The position numbers and the translations under genes were made by a program. The notes beneath the pieces were generated by a model. The model was not told the DNA's origin and searched no databases. It saw only the letters and a program-made list of their open reading frames with translations. A stretch of DNA of 62,893 bases, the filler included, from Myxococcota bacterium (lineage in GTDB: Bacteria; Myxococcota; Myxococcia; Myxococcales; Myxococcaceae): the NCBI GenBank assembly GCA_049322255.1. It is 6 parts of 6 records of this genome, joined end to end, with 100 filler letters (N's around TTAATTAATTAA, not from the genome) between each part and the next. Parts side by side here need not be neighbours in the genome. Positions count along the whole stretch, not along the records: positions 1 to 27,604 come from JBMORE010000047.1; positions 27,705 to 55,170 come from JBMORE010000048.1; 4 more parts are not named here. One strand, written 5' to 3'. Of this stretch, positions 20,552 to 28,890 are shown piece after piece (the stretch's first letter is position 1; every line of letters begins with the position of its first letter).

Positions 20552-21229
20552 ATGAGCGCCGCTTTGGCCGACTCTTCGGTGCGCCGCCCGTGGCTCGCGG
20601 TTCTCCTCTCCCTGCTCAGCCCAGGGCTCGGCCACCTCTATGCGGGCGAGCTTCTTCGCGCGCTCGGGTGGGCGGCGGCGGCCGTCTTTCTCGTCCCGGT
20701 CATCGCGTGGGTGTGGGCGCTGGCGCCTTTTTCCACGGTGGTCTTTCTCGCCCTCTGCCTGGCGGTGCTGCTGGGCGTCTACGTGGGCGCAGCGGTGTGG
20801 GCATACCGCGAAGCGAAGGCGCGCCCCGCCGGGGCTCCGCGGCGGCCCTACCAGACGCTCCTGGCCTACGTGCTCTTCTATCTGGTCGCCTTCTTTGGCG
20901 GGCAGCTCGTCACCGGGCTTTTGCGCGAGACGGTGCTCGACGCGGTGCGTGTTCCTTCCAACCGGCTGGCGCCAGTGCTCCTGGAGGGTGACTGGGTGCT
21001 CTTGCGCAAAGTGGGTGATGGGGCTCAGCCCGACCCCGGCGAATGGGCCGCCTTCTACTTGGAGACGCCCACGCTCGGGCCGCAGCCGCTGGTGGTGGGC
21101 AGGGTGGAAAAGACGCCCCAGGGAGGGCTGCTTCCCGAAGGTCAGTATCTAGGCAAGGTGGAGAGCGTCTACTTCTCCGTCGGACCGGAGGGAATTCGTT
21201 GGAGCCGCATCGGCCTGCGGCCTCCTTAG
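20552..21229 (+). CDS. Membrane protein with degenerate signal peptidase I (S26)-like domain
   Basis: AVLLSLLSPGLGHLYAG N-terminus, TMs, VPSNRLAPVLLEGDWV, C-terminal IRWSRIG. Confidence 0.7.
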   Translation: MSAALADSSVRRPWLAVLLSLLSPGLGHLYAGELLRALGWAAAAVFLVPVIAWVWALAPFSTVVFLALCLAVLLGVYVGAAVWAYREAKARPAGAPRRPYQTLLAYVLFYLVAFFGGQLVTGLLRETVLDAVRVPSNRLAPVLLEGDWVLLRKVGDGAQPDPGEWAAFYLETPTLGPQPLVVGRVEKTPQGGLLPEGQYLGKVESVYFSVGPEGIRWSRIGLRPP

Positions 21230-21254
21230 GAGGAGGAGCGCGGGGCAGAGGTTT

Positions 21255-22790
21255 TTAGAAGCGGGCCTGCAAGATGGTGTTGAAGCCCAGCTGATGCTCC
21301 TTCTCGAAGGTCGGCTCCACCACTCCCGAGACGCTGTCGCGGAAGGTCACCCGGTTGGCGTCGCGGGTGTAATAGACCTCGCCGACGGCGGCGACGCTCT
21401 CGGACAGGTCCCAGCGGAAGGTGGCCTTGGCCGAGAGGATGGGAATGGTGTCGAAGCCGATGGGCAGAATCGACACCAAGTTCACGTCGCGTACCACCAC
21501 CGTGCGCGCGCCGGAGAGGCTGGCGGGAGGCTCGGCGCCGCCAATGACCGTCTGGGGGCTCTTGAAGGAGGCCGGCTGCTGAATGCCCAAGGTGAGGCCG
21601 GGGGTGAAGTGCGCGCCCGCGAAGTGGTAGTCGAAGCCGGCGGCAGCGAACATCTCGGGCTTCACCACCGTGCCGTCGGGGAAGTCGAAGAAGGGGGGGA
21701 AGCCGGGCACCTCGAACTGGATGTACGAGAGCGTGCGGTAAAGCCCCACGGCGTGGAGGCGTAGGAAGTTGTACTTGAAGCGCGCCTGCAGGATGGCTGC
21801 GGTCGCTCCTTGCGGAACGGTGCGTGCGGGCACGTCGGGGTCGGCGAGTGTCTGCACCAACTGGCTGCCTTCGAGCGACACCGTGGCCTGGAAGCCGCCG
21901 GGGTACGGCTCGGGGGCGAAGAAGCGCTGGTAGACGTCGGGGTCGTTGCGGTAGAGCTTGAAGTCCACGCTCGTCCCCACCGGCACGCCGTGGTGGTAGA
22001 CGATTTGCGCAGAGCCGCCCGCCGAGTTGATGGGCGCCGCGATGCCTTGGCTGGCCAGCCCGGGGATGAGGCCCTTTTGGAAATAACCCCCGCCCGCCTC
22101 CAGACGAAAGGTGGGGGTCAAGTCGACGCCCGCGCCGCCCAAAAAGCCGTAGAGGCGCTCCTTCTCGAGGATGAGCTCGTTGAGCACCAGCGCGGTCTTC
22201 AACCCCGCGAAGGCGTACCAGCGGTCGCGCGTGATCTGGAGTTTCATGCCCGGCACGCCGGTGGAGAAGGCGTTGCTGGTGAAGATGCCGGTGCCGCCCC
22301 AGGAGATGCGGTACGCGTAGCCCAAGCGAAAGCGATCGGCGGAGACGGGAAAGCCGGTGAGGGAGAGGCTTTCGTTCGGGCCCCACCAGGCGGGTCGAAA
22401 AGCCAGGCGGATGTAGCTCGAGTTGTCGCGCAAGTCGATGCCGCCGCTGGGCCGCTCGAGGAAAAGGACGGTGAAGGCCGCCTCGGTGGTCAGGCCCTCG
22501 AAGAAGGCGGGCATCGACTTGTAGAGCACCAGGTTGGAGAGTGTCTCGAAGCCGGAGAACTTGGTGTTGAGGTTCTCGAAGAAGAGCGTGTTTTGCGGCC
22601 CTGCTCCGAAGCCGGCGTTGGGGCTGGAGGGGTTGGTCTCGCCGGCACCGGCGAGCACGTTGTCGTCGGCGAAGACGAACGACAGACGGCTGTCGACGAA
22701 GTCCCCCGCCAGGGCGGGTGCGGCGGCCAGACAGGCAGCGAGGGCCGCGGTGCGAAGCGTTCTCAAAGTCCCCTCCAACAGGCCCCCCAA
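21255..22790 (-). CDS. Putative outer-membrane beta-barrel protein
   Basis: Signal peptide ending ALA, amphipathic strands, C-terminal ILQARF; start approximate. Confidence 0.75.
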   Translation of the reverse strand: MGGLLEGTLRTLRTAALAACLAAAPALAGDFVDSRLSFVFADDNVLAGAGETNPSSPNAGFGAGPQNTLFFENLNTKFSGFETLSNLVLYKSMPAFFEGLTTEAAFTVLFLERPSGGIDLRDNSSYIRLAFRPAWWGPNESLSLTGFPVSADRFRLGYAYRISWGGTGIFTSNAFSTGVPGMKLQITRDRWYAFAGLKTALVLNELILEKERLYGFLGGAGVDLTPTFRLEAGGGYFQKGLIPGLASQGIAAPINSAGGSAQIVYHHGVPVGTSVDFKLYRNDPDVYQRFFAPEPYPGGFQATVSLEGSQLVQTLADPDVPARTVPQGATAAILQARFKYNFLRLHAVGLYRTLSYIQFEVPGFPPFFDFPDGTVVKPEMFAAAGFDYHFAGAHFTPGLTLGIQQPASFKSPQTVIGGAEPPASLSGARTVVVRDVNLVSILPIGFDTIPILSAKATFRWDLSESVAAVGEVYYTRDANRVTFRDSVSGVVEPTFEKEHQLGFNTILQARF

Positions 22791-22819
22791 AGGAGGCTTC
22801 GTCTACTACGAAACCCCCG

Positions 22820-25108
22820 CTACGGGCAGGGCTTGATCGGCTTGGGGCAAGAGAGCCCCGGCCCCGGGCGGCAGCACAGGTCCTCGGCGTCGCGGGGGAG
22901 AATCACCCAGCGCGGGCGGCCCGGTTGCAGGTGACGCAGGTGGCCGACGACGTCATAGGTGGCGCCGCGGAAGAACCGGCACTGCTCGGCCTTCTGTGCG
23001 TCGGGGTCGTCGGTGCGGCAGTCGGGCTGGAGCTCAGGGACGGCGTCCTTCACCACCAGATTGAGGCGGGTGTGCGAATTCATCGCCACCGTGCAGGAGG
23101 CCCCGGGAAGCGCGGCCCCGTCGGCGACGAAGGAGAGGTACGCAACGGCGTCGCTGGTCACCCGGTGCTCGAAAAGCGTGCGCGCGGCCAGCGCGGTGTC
23201 GGTGGAGGAGGCAGTCACCATGGTGTCTCCGGCCTTGAAGCGCACCGCGGTGTCGCACCACACCCGAACATCGGCGCCCACCGGGAAGCTACCCGTGCGT
23301 GCCGGCGTGGCGGTGATGGGTACCGGTTGCAGGCGTTGAGCGATGGTGGGGTCGAGGCCCGCCTCCGCTGGACCTGGGCCGGCCATCTCGATGATGAACT
23401 GCCCAAAGCCCACGAACGTGGCGCGCTCGGCGCACAAGGTGTCGGCAAACTGCCCCTGCCCGGTGGCGCAGTCGATGTGGCACTGGCGCTCGGCGGCGAG
23501 CTCGGGCGGCTCGACCTCGTCGGCTTCGAAGGAACAGTCGCTCCACCCCCACTGGCCACAGGTGCCGGTGTTGAAGTCACAGGTGCCGCTGGGGCACTGG
23601 GAACCGGACTGGCAGGGAATCTCCGGCTGCACGGGGACGATGGTTTCGCAGAAGAAGGGCACCTCGCCGTCGGCGTCGAGGTCACAGTGGGTGAACACCT
23701 GGGGCACGCGCACGTCGCGCACCTTGACCAGGGACGATTCGAGGCTCTCCAGCTTCATGTTGCGGCGGTTGTGGCCGCACAAGACATCGGTGACGAAGGG
23801 CGACTGGTCGAGCCCGCAGTGGCGTAAGGAGAGCTCCACCGGGGACACCCGGCGCAAATAGCGGTCCCACTCCGACGGGGGCAGCTGGCGCACTTTTTCG
23901 CGAATCGACCAGGCGGGGAAGGTGAGCTGGGTGGTGGAGGTGAACTCCTGCACCGCGCCGGAAAGGGTCCACAGCAAGTCACCCTGATCGAGCCCCTCGG
24001 GGAAGGAGTAGTTGTAGATGAACATCGAGCCGAAGGTACCCGGGAGGTACCCTGACGGCTCGGGCACCCGCACCGTGGTGGAGCCGGTATTGGGGTCGGC
24101 CAGCTCTTCTTTGAGGCGGCAGGAATTCACGTCGGTGACGAAGAAGCCCGAGGGGTCGGTGCCGGTGACCACCATCAGCGCCTCCTGCCCATCGCGCTCC
24201 GGGTCGTCGGTGCAGCTGTGCAAGAGCCTGGCGTTCGAGTCAGGGTTTTTCCCGATGGTGAGAAACTGCCCCACCAGCGGCGAGGTGCGGTTGTCGTGGC
24301 CGTCGGGAATCTGCACCTTGGCCAGCGTTGGCTCCTCGAAGTAGAGGATGGGCGACAGCCCGGTGGCGAAGGTGCGGCGCTCGGGCTCGCCGGGCAGGTC
24401 CTCGGTGGTGCCGGTCACCGTTCCGCCGTCGTAGATGAGCTGGGGCGGTGCGTCCTCGGCCCACACGCGCACCTCCCCGAAAAGATGCGCCACCTTCACG
24501 GTGGCCGCGACCACGCCCTCGTGCGCCAACGCCCAGCGGTTTGGGTAGTCGCCGGTGAGGTCGCCGGGCACCGACCGGAAGGAGACCGGCCCGAAGAAGT
24601 CGGAGAGCTGCTCTCCACGGTTGTCGATGGCGGTGGCGGTGACGTCGATCTCCACCGTGCCGCGGGGCATGAGGAACGGGCAGTCCTTGGTGCCGCGCTG
24701 GTCGGCGGGAACCATTGCCTGACCGCCGAAGCGGTTGGCGCAGGGGGTGACGACCGAGAGCGGAAGCCGCGTACCCGGCGCCCCGGGGAGATAGACGCCG
24801 CCGACCTGTACGGCGAACGAAGACAGACGCTCCGAGGCGGGAGGCTCGACCGGGTAGCAGGCGCAGCCGAGAAGGACGAATGGAAAGAACAGTCGAGCCA
24901 AGTCTCGTGCTGGCCGCTTGGCGTTCGGCCAACCCCTGAGGAGATCGGGAGCGGGAGCGGGAGCGGGAGCGTTTGCGGGCATCGGGGACGCGTACGGTTC
25001 TCGGTGGCGGGTCACGTGCCCGGCCGCGTGGGACGTGACCCCTTCCCGACCCCGTCCCCGAAGCCGCTCCCGCTCCCGATCCCGCTCCCGGTTGTTACGC
25101 GGCGTCAT
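22820..25108 (-). CDS. Cys-rich lipoprotein with putative nuclease-associated (YhcR-like) OB-fold
   Basis: LLGCAC lipobox; VVTG..GFFVTD, IYNY..GD..SGAVQEF..TQL; the true start may lie downstream of the palindrome at 24946-25090. Confidence 0.7.
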   Translation of the reverse strand: MTPRNNRERDRERERLRGRGREGVTSHAAGHVTRHREPYASPMPANAPAPAPAPDLLRGWPNAKRPARDLARLFFPFVLLGCACYPVEPPASERLSSFAVQVGGVYLPGAPGTRLPLSVVTPCANRFGGQAMVPADQRGTKDCPFLMPRGTVEIDVTATAIDNRGEQLSDFFGPVSFRSVPGDLTGDYPNRWALAHEGVVAATVKVAHLFGEVRVWAEDAPPQLIYDGGTVTGTTEDLPGEPERRTFATGLSPILYFEEPTLAKVQIPDGHDNRTSPLVGQFLTIGKNPDSNARLLHSCTDDPERDGQEALMVVTGTDPSGFFVTDVNSCRLKEELADPNTGSTTVRVPEPSGYLPGTFGSMFIYNYSFPEGLDQGDLLWTLSGAVQEFTSTTQLTFPAWSIREKVRQLPPSEWDRYLRRVSPVELSLRHCGLDQSPFVTDVLCGHNRRNMKLESLESSLVKVRDVRVPQVFTHCDLDADGEVPFFCETIVPVQPEIPCQSGSQCPSGTCDFNTGTCGQWGWSDCSFEADEVEPPELAAERQCHIDCATGQGQFADTLCAERATFVGFGQFIIEMAGPGPAEAGLDPTIAQRLQPVPITATPARTGSFPVGADVRVWCDTAVRFKAGDTMVTASSTDTALAARTLFEHRVTSDAVAYLSFVADGAALPGASCTVAMNSHTRLNLVVKDAVPELQPDCRTDDPDAQKAEQCRFFRGATYDVVGHLRHLQPGRPRWVILPRDAEDLCCRPGPGLSCPKPIKPCP
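24946..25090. repeat. ~145-bp imperfect palindrome with (CGGGAG)n / (CTCCCG)n arms
   Basis: Nested inverted pairs: (CGGGAG)4 with GCTCCCGCTCCCGATCCCGCTCCCG; CGGGGACG with CGTCCCCG; GGGTCACGT with ACGTGACCC. Confidence 0.85.
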
Positions 25109-27528
25109 TTCACCCTCCGGCCGATGCGCCCGTCCTCGACGCCCATCGCCACCGCCAGCCCGGTGGGGTTCTCACAGAAGGCTCGCGTCTGCTGGGTGAT
25201 GTTGCCGCACGCCCGGGTGTCGCCGGCGAGCGCGTCACGGCAAGTGCAGCTGCCCAGCGAGGGGCCGGGCGGCACGCTGTCGATGCAAACCTGCCGCATC
25301 TCCGGCGAAACCTCTGGCACCTGGCACACATCGGCACGACCGGCGAACACGTCGGCGCAGGAGCAGTTGCCCCGCACCGCCGAGAGCTCGTCCTTGAAGC
25401 GGGTGGCGACGCTGCAGAACTCTTTCACCTGCTCGTCGACCGCCCAAGCGCCGTCGCGCAAATTGCCGCAGAGCTGCCCGTTCTTGCCCACGAGGTTGCC
25501 GTGCGCATCGCGTCGCTCGGCGAGAATGTCTTCACACGTGCAAAAGCCCTGCATGTAGCCGATGAGCGAGTCGCGCAGCGAGATGCCGGTCTCGATGCGG
25601 GTGGTATTGCGCTTGAGCACCGAAAAGCCCGAGCCGCCCTTGGCGATGTAGTCGTTGACCGCGATTTTGTAGGTGCCGTGGGGGTCGAGCGGCTGGCCGT
25701 TGATCTCGATGTGGGTCCCCGGGTGCGCCCAGCAACGGCCGCCTCCGGTCAGCTCGGCGAGGCACTGCCACTTGGAGCGGCCCTCTCGGCCATCCTGTGG
25801 GCAGTCGCTCCCGTTGTCCGCCCCGGGGCGGGTGGGGTCGCACGGCAGGCGTAGGTCGTTGAGCTGCACCTGGGCGCAGTCCATGACGAAGCGGGCGCCG
25901 GAAATTTGGGCCTGGCTCTGGCAGCCGCGACCGGAGCTGCGCTCGGCGACGAAGTCGAACAGCTCCTGCATCTCCAGACCGGAGAGGTACATGATGTTGA
26001 TGGTGTTCTCGAAGGGGAACACGTTGAACATCGACTCTTGGGTGAGCGGGCCGGCGTAGAGGTTGTCGCGAATGCCCAAGGAGTTGGTGAGCGCCACCTC
26101 CGCCTCCACGCGGCGCCGCTTGCGCATCGAGTCGGCGGTGAGGTTGCCCAAGGGCGAGTCGCCGCCGGTGGAGTTGTTGCGCCGGGCGATGTCCCGCGGG
26201 GCGTAGGCGAAGATCGACGTCAGCCGCAGGCCGACGTCCATTCCCAGGATGTAGGGCTGGAGCAGCTCGGTCGTCTCCGGGTCTTCTTGCCGGCGGCAGA
26301 CCTCGACCTCTGCCTGCACCTTGGGGTCGGCCATGAACTGCCCCGGAGGCCAGAACTGGGAGCGGTAGTAGGCGTGCATCGCCTCGCTGCACCAGAGCGC
26401 GTCGATGGGGAAGACGCGGTAGTCGTGGCTTTGGACTTCGCCCATCTGCGGCGCGCCGCCCTCGGGAGGCATCTTCACCACCACCTCGAGGCGCCCGACG
26501 TACTTGGCGAAGGCGCCCGAGTGCGCGAGCACCACCTTGCGGCCCGCGGGGTCGGTGAGCAGCTGCGGTGGGTTGAGCACCACGTGCAGGTGCCCCCCGA
26601 GGATGACGTCGACACCCACCACCCCGGGGATGTGCACCTGCACCACGCTCGAGTCTTGTCGCTCCGGCCCAAACCATTGGAGGACCTTCCACTGGTCGAG
26701 CCGCCCGCCGCGACCGTCGACGAATTCCTTCACCTTTCCGTACTCGTAGAAGGCTTCGTAGCCTTGCACCAAGTCCTGGTCTTCGTGCAGCCCCAAGTGG
26801 CTGACCACCACGATGAGGTCGGTGACGCTCGTGAGCAGCTCGACGTAGGCCCGGGCCGCCTCGTTCTGCTCCAGGGGAGTCGCCTGCAGCGAGTTGCCGC
26901 CCTCGACGATCGAGTTGAGCGAGGAGATGTTGGCCATGCCGATGATGCCCACCCGCAGGCCTTTGACGACCTTGATGGTGTAGGGCGCGGTGTACAGGCC
27001 CGCCTGGTGGCTCTCCAGCTGGCGGTGATCATCCCAGACGTAGTTGGCCGCGAGCAGCGGGAAGTTGGCGTTGTCCCTGGCTTGGAGGGCGAAGTTCTTC
27101 GCTCCGGCGTCGAACTCGTGGTTGCCCACCACCGCAGCATCGAGGCGGACCTTGGAGAGAAAGCGGAACTCCACCTCACCGGAGTTCAGGTTGAAGATGG
27201 GCGCGCCTTGGAAGGAGTCTCCCGAGTCGAGGTGGAGCACCCGGTCGGAGCGGGCGCGCTCTCGACGAAGGAGCGCCCCCATTCGTGCCGCCCCGCCGAA
27301 CGGCCCCGCCTCGGGAATCAGCCCCAGGTCGACGTCGGTGCGCAGCGGCGTGAAGTCGAAGGGGATGAGTCGGCTGTGGATGTCCGAGGTGTGCAAGAGG
27401 GTGAGGCGAATCTCCTGGTTGGCCAGACTGGGCGGCTGGCCATCGAGCAGCGGTAGACAAGAGCCCAGCGCAAGGCTGAGCGTCGCGATCGCCAGCTGGC
27501 AGGAAGAACGTCCAAGGGAGCGGATCAA
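25105..27528 (-). CDS. Bifunctional metallophosphatase/5'-nucleotidase lipoprotein with Cys-rich inserts
   Basis: LHTSDIHS, DSGDSFQG, GNHEFD, SHLG, GGHLH, FPFEN, NDYIAKGGSGF. Confidence 0.92.
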   Translation of the reverse strand: MIRSLGRSSCQLAIATLSLALGSCLPLLDGQPPSLANQEIRLTLLHTSDIHSRLIPFDFTPLRTDVDLGLIPEAGPFGGAARMGALLRRERARSDRVLHLDSGDSFQGAPIFNLNSGEVEFRFLSKVRLDAAVVGNHEFDAGAKNFALQARDNANFPLLAANYVWDDHRQLESHQAGLYTAPYTIKVVKGLRVGIIGMANISSLNSIVEGGNSLQATPLEQNEAARAYVELLTSVTDLIVVVSHLGLHEDQDLVQGYEAFYEYGKVKEFVDGRGGRLDQWKVLQWFGPERQDSSVVQVHIPGVVGVDVILGGHLHVVLNPPQLLTDPAGRKVVLAHSGAFAKYVGRLEVVVKMPPEGGAPQMGEVQSHDYRVFPIDALWCSEAMHAYYRSQFWPPGQFMADPKVQAEVEVCRRQEDPETTELLQPYILGMDVGLRLTSIFAYAPRDIARRNNSTGGDSPLGNLTADSMRKRRRVEAEVALTNSLGIRDNLYAGPLTQESMFNVFPFENTINIMYLSGLEMQELFDFVAERSSGRGCQSQAQISGARFVMDCAQVQLNDLRLPCDPTRPGADNGSDCPQDGREGRSKWQCLAELTGGGRCWAHPGTHIEINGQPLDPHGTYKIAVNDYIAKGGSGFSVLKRNTTRIETGISLRDSLIGYMQGFCTCEDILAERRDAHGNLVGKNGQLCGNLRDGAWAVDEQVKEFCSVATRFKDELSAVRGNCSCADVFAGRADVCQVPEVSPEMRQVCIDSVPPGPSLGSCTCRDALAGDTRACGNITQQTRAFCENPTGLAVAMGVEDGRIGRRVK

Positions 27529-27604
27529 AGGGAGAACCTGGGGAGCGGCCGAGGCGGCAAGGTACGGGATCGGCGAGGGCTGTTCAAGACGGGGTGCCGG
27601 CCTC

Positions 27605-27704
27605 NNNNNNNNNNNNNNNNNNNNNNNNNNNNNNNNNNNNNNNNNNNNTTAATTAATTAANNNNNNNNNNNNNNNNNNNNNNNNNNNNNNNNNNNNNNNN
27701 NNNN
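27605..27704. other. Artificial contig linker
   Basis: N run containing TTAATTAATTAA (27649-27660), which gives stops in all six frames. Confidence 0.98.
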
Positions 27705-28110
27705 CTGCCAGGCGTGGGAAGTCGGGGCAGACGAGCGAGGGAAGCGTCGCGCGTGCGTTCACGTGCAGAATCCAAACAATGTACGAATACGGAGCCTTCT
27801 TGCGTGCGTCGGGCGCGGCGCGGCGAGTGCCCTCGAAAACCTGTCAAGCGAAAAGGACACGAGAAACGCAAGTCGACAGGCTCGCCACTGAGCTTCCGGG
27901 CCAACACGGTCAGGTTTTCTTCCGCTCTTCAAGGAGCGACTCGAATCCGTCGAGGTCTTCGTGCCCTTCTACCGCGACGATCTCCTCCCTTGGAAAGCCG
28001 TGGGCTGACGAAGGAAGTACGGTTGGAACTGACCGTTTCGGCACTGGAACAGCTCGTTCTCCGAGCTGCACCACACGGCCGGGTCCGTGGCGACCTGCTG
28101 AGCCACCCAA

Positions 28111-28890
28111 TCATCGAGGAGCGGGGACGGGTTGGGTGAGGGTCACCCACACCTGGGTGCGCTGGCGGCGAAGCTCGATGGTGGTTCCGCTGTGCGCACG
28201 CTGAACCTGGAGGGCGAATTCCTCGGGGGCAGTGCCGGCGTCGGCGAGCTCCTCCCAGCCGGGGGGAAGCGGCCCCGAGGTCCACTCTCCTTCGCGCAGC
28301 ATGGTGACGAGCTGCCGCACGAGGAAACCAGCGCGACGTTCGGGGGCGGTGTAGGCGATGGCGAAGGTGAACACCTCGCTCTTCACCGTGGCGTCCGCGG
28401 GCTTGGGAAAATAGGTCGCGAGCTGCTCAGTGGAGAGCGGCGCCGGGGTCTGCAACAGCTTGCCCACGTCCTCCGGGCCGATAGGTAAGACGAGCGAGAG
28501 GACGACCTCGTCTGCTTCGCGGCGGCCCTCGAGGAGGAAGGGAGGCCGCTGAGCCAAGGCTTCGCCGCCGTCAGCAGGCGAAAAGCCGGTGGCGGCCAAG
28601 AGCGGGCGCACGGCGTCGGAGAGCGAGGCTCCCTCCGGAAGGCTCCAGGAGAGCCGCCGCTCGAGGGTGGCGCGCCCCTCCACCAGGGTGGCACCGCGAA
28701 ACTCGGGGAAGATGGTGAAGAGCGCGGTCCGTAGGTCGATGGAGCTGTGTGCCGGGGGGGCGGCGGCGATGCCCGCGTCGAGCGTTGGCGAGCGGGCGCA
28801 GCGTTGGCAACCGGTTGCCAGCAAAAGAAGGGATACCCAGAGGCCGACGCCCCTCACCCTGCCCCTCTCCCAAGGGGAGAGGGAGCTCAT
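28111..28890 (-). CDS. Hypothetical lipoprotein
   Basis: LLLLATGC lipobox; ATG overlaps the glpK stop; alternative GTG at 28857 lies inside the repeat. Confidence 0.7.
   Translation of the reverse strand: MSSLSPWERGRVRGVGLWVSLLLLATGCQRCARSPTLDAGIAAAPPAHSSIDLRTALFTIFPEFRGATLVEGRATLERRLSWSLPEGASLSDAVRPLLAATGFSPADGGEALAQRPPFLLEGRREADEVVLSLVLPIGPEDVGKLLQTPAPLSTEQLATYFPKPADATVKSEVFTFAIAYTAPERRAGFLVRQLVTMLREGEWTSGPLPPGWEELADAGTAPEEFALQVQRAHSGTTIELRRQRTQVWVTLTQPVPAPR
28850..28883 (+). repeat. REP-like hairpin repeat, copy E
   Basis: CCCCTCACCCTGCCCCTCTCCCAAGGGGAGAGGG, 3 nt past the glpK stop. Confidence 0.9.
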
